From the IMG/VR virus record IMGVR_UViG_3300014039_000035: a DNA stretch of 20,000 nt; one strand, given 5' to 3'. Under the pieces are notes generated by a model that did not search any database, was not told where the DNA came from, and worked only from the letters and a program-made list of their open reading frames with translations. The position numbers and the translations under genes are program-made. Shown one piece after another: positions 9,387 to 16,680 of the stretch; the stretch's first letter is position 1; every line of letters starts with the position of its first letter. Source of the DNA: an uncultured virus (IMG/VR IMGVR_UViG_3300014039_000035). Lineage: Duplodnaviria > Heunggongvirae > Uroviricota > Caudoviricetes.

Positions 9387-9687
9387 TTTTTTGTTCCTCC
9401 TTGATTATGTATGACTGTAAATCCTCTTCGCCTGTCGGCAACCCAAAGTTACGAAGAATATTGTTAACCTCGGCCTTTGACTTGCGAGTTCCCGAAACGG
9501 TAAGTAGCTTGTCCTCCTGCTCATAGTCGTAGTCGTAATACCCCTTGTCCACCATCCACATCGTCACGAGGTTGGCGGAGTCCAGATACCAGTAACGCAG
9601 CCACGACCAGAAGTTGTAGTTCCCGTAGACGTTCTTTATCCGCTCGTTGTGCGTCGAGGTCTCAAAGGCAGACCCTACTTGTCTTCC
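9358..9687 (-). CDS. C-terminal extension of the tail assembly chaperone (gpGT-like), expressed via -1 frameshift
   Basis: The -1 frame from the slippery site reads GRQVGSAFETSTHNERIKNVYGNYNFWSWLRYWYLDSANLVTMWMVDKGYY...GGGDTGSH* (109 codons) and includes track ORF 9358..9567. Fused product is about 281 aa. Confidence 0.8.
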   Translation of the reverse strand, partial: GRQVGSAFETSTHNERIKNVYGNYNFWSWLRYWYLDSANLVTMWMVDKGYYDYDYEQEDKLLTVSGTRKSKAEVNNILRNFGLPTGEEDLQSYIIKEEQKNGGGDTGSH

Positions 9688-10202
9688 TTTTTTATCCCCA
9701 AACCGTCCTTCTCCAACATATTTAGTGTATTCTCCAGCCGCTCGCGCGCTTCTTTGGCGGCTTCGCCAACCGGCCTCATAAACAGTTCGCGTTCCTGCCT
9801 TGAGAGCTGCCAGTTGGCTTTGGAAAAACCCACGTCCTCGCTCACGGCCCCCGCCCCGTTTATCTTGAACGTCACCTCATCGCCACGGAGCTGCAACAGC
9901 CGCCACTTTATAGCCCAGAGCCAAGGACAGAATATCGCCCAGTTACCCAAAAGGTAGTAAGCCGCCTTCTTCGAGTGCAGCGAATAGAGTTTCTTTGTCA
10001 GCCGCCTCGCCGTCTTGCTGTCAACGCCCATCTTGCCTTTCGCCTCAAGCACCTGCGCCTCCTGCTCAAGCAAGGCTATCCGCTCCTTGACCGCCTGCGC
10101 CACCTGCCTGACCTTGTATTTCCGACCGCCAGCCTCTATCACGCACGGCGCCTGCATCACGGTCTCGTACTCGCCGGATATGAATTTGTCCGATTTTTCC
10201 AT
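9675..10202 (-). CDS. Tail assembly chaperone (gpG-like), 175 aa
   Basis: Lies between the major tail protein and tape measure genes and ends in a slippery heptamer; AT-rich translation start (AATTAGAACAATTATG). Confidence 0.8.
   Translation of the reverse strand: MEKSDKFISGEYETVMQAPCVIEAGGRKYKVRQVAQAVKERIALLEQEAQVLEAKGKMGVDSKTARRLTKKLYSLHSKKAAYYLLGNWAIFCPWLWAIKWRLLQLRGDEVTFKINGAGAVSEDVGFSKANWQLSRQERELFMRPVGEAAKEARERLENTLNMLEKDGLGIKKEDK
9687..9693 (-). other. Programmed -1 ribosomal frameshift slippery heptamer A AAA AAG
   Basis: Minus strand GGG ATA AAA AAG GAA GAC AAG TAG; the heptamer is in the correct X XXY YYZ phase, three sense codons before the chaperone stop, at the canonical position between major tail and tape measure genes. 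Confidence 0.85.
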
Positions 10203-10229
10203 AATTGTTCTAATTTTCCTTTTTTATCG

Positions 10230-10262
10230 AAAAAAGGGGACGGAACAAAACATTCCGTCCCC
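10230..10262 (-). terminator. Intrinsic (rho-independent) terminator after the major tail gene
   Basis: Minus strand GGGGACGGAA-TGTTTTG-TTCCGTCCCC-TTTTTT: perfect 10-bp stem followed by U6. Confidence 0.9.
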
Positions 10263-10291
10263 GCGATTCGCTCCTCGAAAGAAGGATACCA

Positions 10292-10939
10292 TTAACCGCC
10301 GTCTTCGCCTGCTGTGCCGTCAAGGGTCGCCGCAGTGATGCTGCCATCAGCGTAGTCAACGCTGGTTGTAGAAGACAGAATCATGCAGGTCTTGAGGGTC
10401 GCACTGTCCATGAACTCAGCTGTGGCCACAACGTGAAGCCTCCAAAGGTTGTCGCTCCAAGAAAGGGAGGCCGCCATCTTCGCCTTAGGGAAGAAGATTG
10501 CCCTGTTGCCCTCGTCGTTGGTAATCATGAGAGGACGCACCTTGACCGGAAGTTTGTGTCCGAAGCCGTAGCAGGTAACGGTGCCGTCCTTGAACACAGC
10601 CGTAGCGCCACCAGTAGCCACGGTGATTGATTCCGCGCCAAGGAACGCCGCAATGAAGTCAGCCTCAAGGTCGGCAAGGTCGAAGGACACCTGATGGGTT
10701 CCGTTGGTAGCCCTTGAGGTGATTACGTCGCCCTGCTCGTCAAGAATCTGACTGAAAGACACCTGCTCGCCGTCCCACGAGGTTGAGTCCTGTACGACCT
10801 GCCCAAGGCTCGCGCCGTTGGTCAGAACGTTGGCAAGCGTGGTGGAGGAGGTATAACCGCCGGCTGGCGCGCTGAACACGATGATGTCGCCCTGTCCGGC
10901 AAGAAGCTGCTGTGAGCCTCCAAGATTTTTTACTGCCAT
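10292..10939 (-). CDS. Major tail (tube) protein, 215 aa
   Basis: Size, Gly/Thr/Ala-rich beta-type sequence (LGQVVQDSTSWDG, AIFFPKAKM), position before the chaperone/TMP genes and a terminator directly downstream. Confidence 0.75.
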   Translation of the reverse strand: MAVKNLGGSQQLLAGQGDIIVFSAPAGGYTSSTTLANVLTNGASLGQVVQDSTSWDGEQVSFSQILDEQGDVITSRATNGTHQVSFDLADLEADFIAAFLGAESITVATGGATAVFKDGTVTCYGFGHKLPVKVRPLMITNDEGNRAIFFPKAKMAASLSWSDNLWRLHVVATAEFMDSATLKTCMILSSTTSVDYADGSITAATLDGTAGEDGG

Positions 10940-10941
10940 AA

Positions 10942-11394
10942 TTATTGCTTGTTAAAATTGTTGTTCGTATGCCACCTCAAATTGAGGCTTGTGACTGAAT
11001 AGCCCGAAGTCTGGTTCGGTGATGTAGGGGTTATGAAACGCTCCATGTCGTATCGGTAGACGTAGTTTTCCGTCACCGCTCCCTCCACGAGTTTGTCGAA
11101 CTGCTCCAGAATCTTCTTGACGCGGTTGGCCTTGACCGATCCGTCATCATTCAGTTTGGAGTAGAGACTCACAAGAAGGTAGCCCGATGCGTAGTCCACT
11201 TTCGCACCTACGCCCTCGATGTCGCCGTTCACGTAGATGACTATGAAATCCGCGGGCAGTCCGTTGGTCGGGCGCTCCCAGTCGCTGTAAACAGTGACCT
11301 TCTCCGTCTTGCCGCCGGGCTGGCCAACGCTTATCTTGCCGTCAAGCAGCGCTTTCAGCTCCGTGTCCGGGTTTATGTGCGATGCGTGCATCAT
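10942..11394 (-). CDS. Probable tail terminator/completion protein, 150 aa
   Basis: Immediately upstream of the major tail gene; size and pattern (VYSDWERPTNGLPADFIVIYVNG...LLVSLYSK) are consistent. Inferred from gene order. Confidence 0.55.
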   Translation of the reverse strand: MMHASHINPDTELKALLDGKISVGQPGGKTEKVTVYSDWERPTNGLPADFIVIYVNGDIEGVGAKVDYASGYLLVSLYSKLNDDGSVKANRVKKILEQFDKLVEGAVTENYVYRYDMERFITPTSPNQTSGYSVTSLNLRWHTNNNFNKQ

Positions 11395-11918
11395 ATATTA
11401 CCGTCTTTTGACAATCCAAGGGCAGGAAGCCTTGATTCCAGTGTGTTGTTGAACGTCTCTTGCAGCCAATCCAGATAACCCGGCTTCGAGCTGTCCTCGT
11501 CAGCGGCTCCGGCGTAAGGCACGGCGACGATAAGCGTCGAGCCGATGCCTTTCGACAAAGGCTTGCTGTCCCGGACAGCCTTGATGGCCTCACGATAACC
11601 CCAGATTTTCTTGTAGCGGCTTTCGCCGTTGTCGGTCTTCGGGGCGCTTATCTTCGTGACGTGCTGCGGCTTTGAGGCAAGCTGTGGCATATAGCAGGCC
11701 CTTATTACTCGGCCGCTCTTCGACACATACGCGGCGATACTGTCATGCAGGTTGCCGGTGTAAACCGGGATGGATTCCCGATTGCGGTCAACAAACGCCA
11801 GAAAGGACTGCGTTGCGTCGGTCATAAGCCTTTCAGCCCTGCGGTTGAAGCCCTTGGCCGATTTCAGCAGCTCCTCCTGAAATTGTCTCTGCGTTGTGTT
11901 CCACTTTGTCCTTGACAT
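11391..11918 (-). CDS. Neck/tail-completion protein (HK97 gp10-like), 175 aa
   Basis: Basic protein with IPVYTGNLHDSI (PVxTGxLxxSI motif) and VAVPYA, both typical of this family; located in the head-tail joining cluster. Confidence 0.7.
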   Translation of the reverse strand: MSRTKWNTTQRQFQEELLKSAKGFNRRAERLMTDATQSFLAFVDRNRESIPVYTGNLHDSIAAYVSKSGRVIRACYMPQLASKPQHVTKISAPKTDNGESRYKKIWGYREAIKAVRDSKPLSKGIGSTLIVAVPYAGAADEDSSKPGYLDWLQETFNNTLESRLPALGLSKDGNI

Positions 11919-11920
11919 GG

Positions 11921-12256
11921 TTAATCCCCCTGCGCCTGTTTCAGTTCAACCCTTGTACACTGCAAATTGGCTCTCCAAGGCATGTTTATGTCCCTGACTA
12001 TCTCCGCAACCCCCGTGATTTCACGTCCCTGCTCGGTCGTGACCGAAACAGAGTCGTTTATCATCACCATAACCTCATTGCCCGGCAGATAGACGGAAGG
12101 AACCCTCGTCACGATTGACCGTGAATATCCGGTGCCGCCCTCCTCGTAGAGGCACGGACCAGAATAGACCACGGAACGCTCCGGGTTGTCCCATTCGTCC
12201 TTCTTTCCCGTCAGACGGCTTATGGTGCATTTGTCGCGGAAACCTATCAGTCGCAT
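11921..12256 (-). CDS. Probable head closure (stopper) protein, 111 aa
   Basis: Small beta-rich protein (CTISRLTGKKDEWDNP...VVYSGPC) directly after the adaptor gene. Confidence 0.6.
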   Translation of the reverse strand: MRLIGFRDKCTISRLTGKKDEWDNPERSVVYSGPCLYEEGGTGYSRSIVTRVPSVYLPGNEVMVMINDSVSVTTEQGREITGVAEIVRDINMPWRANLQCTRVELKQAQGD

Positions 12257-12259
12257 GAA

Positions 12260-12691
12260 CTACTTGCTCCTCAGATAACTTGCGTCATACATTTCGCTGG
12301 AGGACTCATCCTCCTCGACGTCGAGACCCCACTTCAAGCGGAGCGCGTCGCCCATCGCCTTGAACCTCGCGCGGTCTGCCATCGTGATGGTGTAACCGCC
12401 TCTGGAAGCACGGACGTCGCCGACCTGCTCGGAGTAGCCCCCGCCAGCGAAAACCCCCAACACCGAATAGTAGATTGTCGAAGAGGCATAGTCCAGACGC
12501 TTCTGGAAATCCTCGTCCTTCGAGCGGTCGGACACCACCTCGCCGTCCTCACCATAGACGTAATCAACATCCTCCGTGAGGGTGAGGCGGTCAAGCCCTA
12601 TCTCGATGGGACTCCTTGCCGCGCGGGCAACAACTGTGTCCTGCAAGTCCAAACCTTGCACCAAACTACGCAGATACTCTTCGACAGTCAT
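12260..12691 (-). CDS. Probable head-tail adaptor protein, 143 aa
   Basis: First gene after the major capsid; helical N-terminus (MTVEEYLRSLV) and a GGYSEQVGDVRASRGG hairpin-like segment typical of adaptors. Confidence 0.6.
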   Translation of the reverse strand: MTVEEYLRSLVQGLDLQDTVVARAARSPIEIGLDRLTLTEDVDYVYGEDGEVVSDRSKDEDFQKRLDYASSTIYYSVLGVFAGGGYSEQVGDVRASRGGYTITMADRARFKAMGDALRLKWGLDVEEDESSSEMYDASYLRSK

Positions 12692-12706
12692 ACTTCGGTT
12701 TTATTT

Positions 12707-13921
12707 TTAGCTCGTGTAAGTGATGAGATAGTACATCTCCTTCGGACGGGTCGGAACGCAAAGCGCGTTCAGCTCTGACCACCAGTCCTGTGTCCTCGAA
12801 CGCTTGTCGTAATCGTACTGGATAAGACCCCTGCCGTCGAAGAACTTAGCGTAGATTGCGCTGTCATCCGGTGTGAGAGCAAGCGTGGTCTTGATTGTTC
12901 CGATAGGACCCGCAGGATAGAACACGTAGGTGTTCGCGTTGAAGGTCCTAAAGGTCTTGCGCACGAGCTTGGCGTCAGGGCCCTTGCCTTCAAGTGTCTC
13001 CACTCCGGCAAGACCCTTGCGCAGATGCACGTTTGCAGCCGGGATGCCGATGACCTTGGCGAAAAGGCTCACAAGCTCCTCGTCACCAGCCGCGTTGCCG
13101 ACGGCAAGGGCGTTGGAGTCGTTGTTGCCAATCACAAGGTCAGGACGGAGAATGTAGCCGAAAGCGGTGCGCCACTTCGGATGATCCATGTCCTCGAGGA
13201 ATGAGATGTAGTCTACCTCGCAGACGATGTCCATGTAACCGGCTCTCTTCATCTTGCGGATGATGGCCTTAACGTCGCTTACAGGGTCTGCGTCAGTGTT
13301 GGCGTTAGCCGTGGTCTTCTCGGTGTCGCTGTTGAACCATCTCTTCGCCTTGGCGACGGTGGTCACGTTGGCGGCAGGAACGTCAGCCTCGAACACGAGA
13401 CCCTTGATGCCCCTTGGGTTGTTTTTGGCGTCAAGCGACAGCTTCCTGTTGGAAACCATCTGGTCGCGCTGGTAGGTCATTGAAAGTTCGTGCGCGCTCT
13501 GGATGTCCTTCATTCCGTTGAAGAGAAGGTCAAGAGCGTACTGCTTCGCCGTCTTGTCCTGGAAGTCAAGGTCCTGAAGGGCGGCGAGGTACTTGCGGTA
13601 GTCGTCAGCATCCCAGAGGAAGCGTGCCTTCATCGTAGGCACAACGCCGCTTGTCTCCTCGAATCCCTCCGTGCCGAAAGGGATCGCCTCGGAGTCCTTG
13701 TCGGTGTAGGTGGCCATCACCTTCACGCGGTTGGACATCACAAGGTTCTTGAAGTCGAAAGTAAGGGATGAATATTCGTCCCAGTTGAAGCCGTCAAGGT
13801 TGAGTCCCTGAATGTTGTTGAACCCAACCACGTCGTTGATGTAGAGACCAAAGCTCTTGGAGGACAGGATACCCGCCTCGCTCATCAAGGTGTAGAAACC
13901 TTTTGCGTACTTGTTTGCCAT
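12707..13921 (-). CDS. Major capsid protein (HK97 fold, lambda gpE-like), 404 aa
   Basis: Size and motifs (VMATYTDKDSEAIP, G.VPTMKARF, KRW...DADPVSD, ELNALCVPTRP); strong SD AAGGAGG; follows the scaffold and decoration genes. Confidence 0.85.
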   Translation of the reverse strand: MANKYAKGFYTLMSEAGILSSKSFGLYINDVVGFNNIQGLNLDGFNWDEYSSLTFDFKNLVMSNRVKVMATYTDKDSEAIPFGTEGFEETSGVVPTMKARFLWDADDYRKYLAALQDLDFQDKTAKQYALDLLFNGMKDIQSAHELSMTYQRDQMVSNRKLSLDAKNNPRGIKGLVFEADVPAANVTTVAKAKRWFNSDTEKTTANANTDADPVSDVKAIIRKMKRAGYMDIVCEVDYISFLEDMDHPKWRTAFGYILRPDLVIGNNDSNALAVGNAAGDEELVSLFAKVIGIPAANVHLRKGLAGVETLEGKGPDAKLVRKTFRTFNANTYVFYPAGPIGTIKTTLALTPDDSAIYAKFFDGRGLIQYDYDKRSRTQDWWSELNALCVPTRPKEMYYLITYTS

Positions 13922-13938
13922 ATTCTATTCCTCCTTTT

Positions 13939-14571
13939 TTAAGCGGTCTCGTTCTCGAATGTGATTCCAGGCATCGCCGCCTTGTAGAAGTCAGGCACAG
14001 CAGCGATTCTGTCGCCAAGAATCTGGCCCTTGGTAACAACCGCCACAGTACCCTTGCCGCCCTCGGCGTCAACGTAAATCTGTCTCCAAGACAGTCCGTC
14101 CGGAAGCACGGCGGCCTTGTTCTCGCCAGCCTCGGACACGATGTAGAGCTTATCGCCCTTGGCTAATGTGCCGAGTGCATTGGCGGTGATAGTGAAAGTG
14201 TAAACGCCATCCGCAACGGACGGTGTTCCTGAAAGAGCCGCTGCAAGGGCAGCCTTCCCGGTAGAGTCGCACTTGCCGAGGATAAGGCCAGCCTTAGGCA
14301 CAACAGCACCGTTGAGTGGCTTTATCTTCAATGTAGTGGCGGAAGCGGACACGGCGGCCTCGACCTCAAAAGTCTCAAGGAACTTCGCCTCGCCGCCCAT
14401 GGTCTTGAGCGACACAGGAATGCCGAGAGGTATCAATGTACCCTTCGCCACGCCCGTAAGGTCAACGGTTCCACCCGCGACCTTGCGCTCCTTCACCTCA
14501 AGCCACACCGGCATCGTAGCCGCGTCGTACTGCTTTGAGTCGGAGCCGTAGAAATTTCCAAAATTGCTCAT
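13939..14571 (-). CDS. Probable head decoration/cement protein, 210 aa
   Basis: Ala/Gly/Thr-rich protein between scaffold and capsid genes (lambda gpD-like position); GTLIPLGIPV motif. Confidence 0.6.
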   Translation of the reverse strand: MSNFGNFYGSDSKQYDAATMPVWLEVKERKVAGGTVDLTGVAKGTLIPLGIPVSLKTMGGEAKFLETFEVEAAVSASATTLKIKPLNGAVVPKAGLILGKCDSTGKAALAAALSGTPSVADGVYTFTITANALGTLAKGDKLYIVSEAGENKAAVLPDGLSWRQIYVDAEGGKGTVAVVTKGQILGDRIAAVPDFYKAAMPGITFENETA

Positions 14572-14596
14572 TTGTTAAACATTTAATGGGTTGATG

Positions 14597-15307
14597 TCAC
14601 TTTGTGTCGGGAAGCAGACCCTGCGCCTTCTTCCGGGCAATCTCTGCGCTCCAGTCAACCGTGCCGTCCTCCTCGTTCTTAGGAGGGTCAGCCTTGAACG
14701 GCTGCGACGTGTCCACGCCGAGACGGGACACCGCCTTGTTGAAGTAGCCGGACGCCTTCGCCGAAAGCTCCTCAGCGGTCATCTTGCTTCCCGTCGCCTC
14801 GTTCAGCTCCACGGCGCGCTCCCATGCCTCGTCCGCCTGGTCCTTGTACTTCTTGGCGTAGTCGCCGTTGAAGAAGGACTCGTGCGCCGCGCTGAGGGCA
14901 GCCTTCGCTGTGTTCGAGGTCTCCAGAGCCGTAATCTTCTCGTTGAGCGGGGCGACTGCCTCGGCTATGGCCGCCTTGACTATCGATGCGATGTCTGGCG
15001 AGCCTTCACCCTCTTTGCCTTCATTACCCTCGCCCCCCTTGTCCTTGTCTGGCTCCGGGTGCGCCGCCTTGTAAGCCTCAAAAGCACGCTGAGACTCGCT
15101 GTTCCTCTGAATAGCCTGGTCACGCTGCCTCTGAATCTCCTTGGCAATCAAGTCCAACGTGGTCGCGTCAGCAACCGCTCCCTCGATGTCCTCCTCCTTC
15201 TCGACAGTCTTTTCACGAAGCGACGCAATCCTGTCAAGAGCGTCGTTGCTCAATCCGTATGCCTTGTACTTCGTCTTGAGCGCCTCTAAAATCTGTTCTT
15301 TCAACAT
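14597..15307 (-). CDS. Probable capsid scaffolding protein, 236 aa
   Basis: Acidic, Ala/Glu/Lys-rich helical protein with a low-complexity linker (PEPDKDKGGEGNEGKEGEGSP) and an MKEQILEALKTKYKAYGLS-type N-terminus; first gene of the head operon. Confidence 0.7.
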   Translation of the reverse strand: MLKEQILEALKTKYKAYGLSNDALDRIASLREKTVEKEEDIEGAVADATTLDLIAKEIQRQRDQAIQRNSESQRAFEAYKAAHPEPDKDKGGEGNEGKEGEGSPDIASIVKAAIAEAVAPLNEKITALETSNTAKAALSAAHESFFNGDYAKKYKDQADEAWERAVELNEATGSKMTAEELSAKASGYFNKAVSRLGVDTSQPFKADPPKNEEDGTVDWSAEIARKKAQGLLPDTK

Positions 15308-15324
15308 ATTTCCAACTTTTTATG

Positions 15325-15332
15325 CAAAGTTA
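15325..15332 (-). promoter_or_regulatory. Bacteroidetes -7 promoter box (TAACTTTG) driving the head-tail operon
   Basis: Minus strand TAACTTTG-CATAAAAAGTTGGAAT-ATG-like arrangement, with the box 17 nt upstream of the scaffold start codon. Confidence 0.7.
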
Positions 15333-15365
15333 TAAGGATTTTTCTAAAGTTTGGCATAATTTGTG

Positions 15366-15373
15366 TAACTTTG
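15366..15373 (+). promoter_or_regulatory. Bacteroidetes -7 promoter box (TAACTTTG) driving the structured leader and nuclease gene
   Basis: Exact TAnnTTTG match; a TTTG at 15350-15353 gives an atypically short 12-nt spacer. The box sits about 5 nt before the first hairpin of the leader RNA. Confidence 0.65.
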
Positions 15374-15377
15374 TTCC

Positions 15378-15473
15378 GTGTCGAGGTCCAGACGACAAAA
15401 GAAGAAAGTTATACGTCCCCCGTGCGAGTACGTCTGTGCTGGACCCACCGACCGAAAACACGAGGGACTTTTT
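15378..15473 (+). ncRNA. Candidate structured leader / small RNA: kissing-loop hairpin pair with loop-E-like module and U-tract
   Basis: Hairpin 1: TGTCG 15379-83 / CGACA 15393-97, loop AGGTCCAGA. Hairpin 2: outer stem GTCCCCCGTG 15415-24 / CACGAGGGAC 15459-68 (9/10 bp), internal loop containing AGTA and GAA, inner stem GTCTGTG 15432-38 / CACCGAC 15446-52 (6/7 bp), loop CTGGACC 15439-45, which is the exact reverse complement of GGTCCAG 15385-91. TTTTT follows at 15469-73. Confidence 0.65.
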
Positions 15474-15481
15474 GTGTTATC

Positions 15482-16654
15482 ATGGGTATACGAAAAACTC
15501 AAGAGCAATTCATCAAGGAAGCCTATGCACTCCACGGAGACCATTATGACTTCTCAAAAGCCGTCTATACGAACAGCAAAGACAAAATGTCAGTCTACTG
15601 CAACATTCACCACAAATTCTTCTCGACGACGCCAAATCAGATATTGCGTGGTTCGGGTTGCCCGGAGTGCGGACTTGCGTCGAGAATAGCAAAAAGAACC
15701 GACACGACAGAATCTTTCATTGCGAAAGCAAGAAAGGTTCACGGTGACAAATATGATTACTCTAAAGTTGTCTATGAAAAATCAGACATACCGGTGACAA
15801 TCACATGCAAAAAGTGCGGAAAAGACTTCAAGCAGTCACCTAACACTCATCTGATGGGCCACGGATGCGAGGCTTGTTCTTACAAGGAAAGGGGAATCCG
15901 AAGAGCAAAGGGGATTGATATTTTTACGGCCGAGGCAAGAGCTGTATGGGGCGAGGCTTATGACTATTCATCGGTTGTTTACAAAAACAGCAAAACCAGA
16001 GTAGATATAATATGTCCAAAACACGGCGTTTTCTCTACTACACCATATCAACATTTGAAAGAAGGCGTGGGGTGTCCGCAGTGCAAAAGAGAATCCCGGT
16101 TGCTATATGGTATCGCTGTGAACGATGTGCCAAACTGCAATCCTAAATGCTTACAAACCTGGGTTGGGATGTTGCATAGATGTTATTATGAAAAAGAACT
16201 GGAGCGCCATCCGACATACCGTGGATGCTCCGTGTGTGAAGAATGGCTTAGACTGTCTGGATTCGTGCCGTTCTGGGAGGCAAATTATCGCCCAAAATAT
16301 GAGTTGGAGAAAGACATCCTTGTGAAAGGCAATAAAGTGTACAGTCCGGACACTTGTTGCTTTGTGCCACGACGGATTAATCTCCTACTTACAAACAGAA
16401 AGCGATTCCGTGGAAATTTGCCCATCGGGGTGTCACTCTCTGAAAGCGGACTTAGATACAAGGCTACCTATGACAGAGACGCGAAAGCAACACTTGTTGG
16501 GTATTTCGACACGGTAGAAGAAGCATTCCTCGCATACAAAAAAGCAAAAGAAGAATATATCAAGAAGGTGGCGCAAAAATACTACGATTCCGGTAAAATT
16601 GGCCAAAAGGTTCACGAAGCCCTTCTTCGTTATCAAATCGAAATCACCGACTAA
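15482..16654 (+). CDS. Putative homing endonuclease: 3 zinc-ribbon (DUF723-like) repeats + HNH-type nuclease domain + AP2 DNA-binding domain, 390 aa
   Basis: Start taken as ATG 15482 (MGIRKTQEQFIKEA). Three ~70-aa repeats F...A...HG..YD(Y/F)S...Y......V...C..H..F...P..(H)L.G.GC..C, then W..ML.RCY...PTY.GC.VCEEW...LEKDIL.KGNKVYSP.TC.FVP..IN (phage beta-beta-alpha-metal nuclease family), then LPIGVS...YKA...VGYFDT.EEAFLAYKKAK (AP2-like). Confidence 0.85.
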   Translation: MGIRKTQEQFIKEAYALHGDHYDFSKAVYTNSKDKMSVYCNIHHKFFSTTPNQILRGSGCPECGLASRIAKRTDTTESFIAKARKVHGDKYDYSKVVYEKSDIPVTITCKKCGKDFKQSPNTHLMGHGCEACSYKERGIRRAKGIDIFTAEARAVWGEAYDYSSVVYKNSKTRVDIICPKHGVFSTTPYQHLKEGVGCPQCKRESRLLYGIAVNDVPNCNPKCLQTWVGMLHRCYYEKELERHPTYRGCSVCEEWLRLSGFVPFWEANYRPKYELEKDILVKGNKVYSPDTCCFVPRRINLLLTNRKRFRGNLPIGVSLSESGLRYKATYDRDAKATLVGYFDTVEEAFLAYKKAKEEYIKKVAQKYYDSGKIGQKVHEALLRYQIEITD

Positions 16655-16680
16655 TTTATGAATACCGCAGAAATATTTGC

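Noticed and set aside
12254..12262. Adaptor TAG stop in frame with the closure gene (AAG TAG TTC ATG), suggesting read-through or amber recoding
   Set aside because: All long genes are intact under the standard code, the other TAG (9675) is followed by an in-frame TAA within 13 codons, and the downstream ATG has its own GAGGAG. An in-frame 3-nt gap is expected by chance one time in three.
15325..15373. Inverted repeat caaagtta...taactttg as an invertible (phase-variable) promoter
   Set aside because: Only 8-10 bp long, fully explained by two divergent -7 boxes, and no recombinase is present in the window.
15371..15481. N-terminal extension of the nuclease ORF from TTG 15371 as given in the ORF track
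   Set aside because: The TTG is part of the -7 promoter box and the extension spans the structured leader; the repeat architecture begins right after ATG 15482.
15378..16654. OMEGA/IscB-HEARO type RNA-guided nuclease
   Set aside because: The protein lacks a PLMP N-terminus and RuvC motifs, the RNA is much shorter than typical omega/HEARO RNAs, and no IS200/IS605-like ends were seen.
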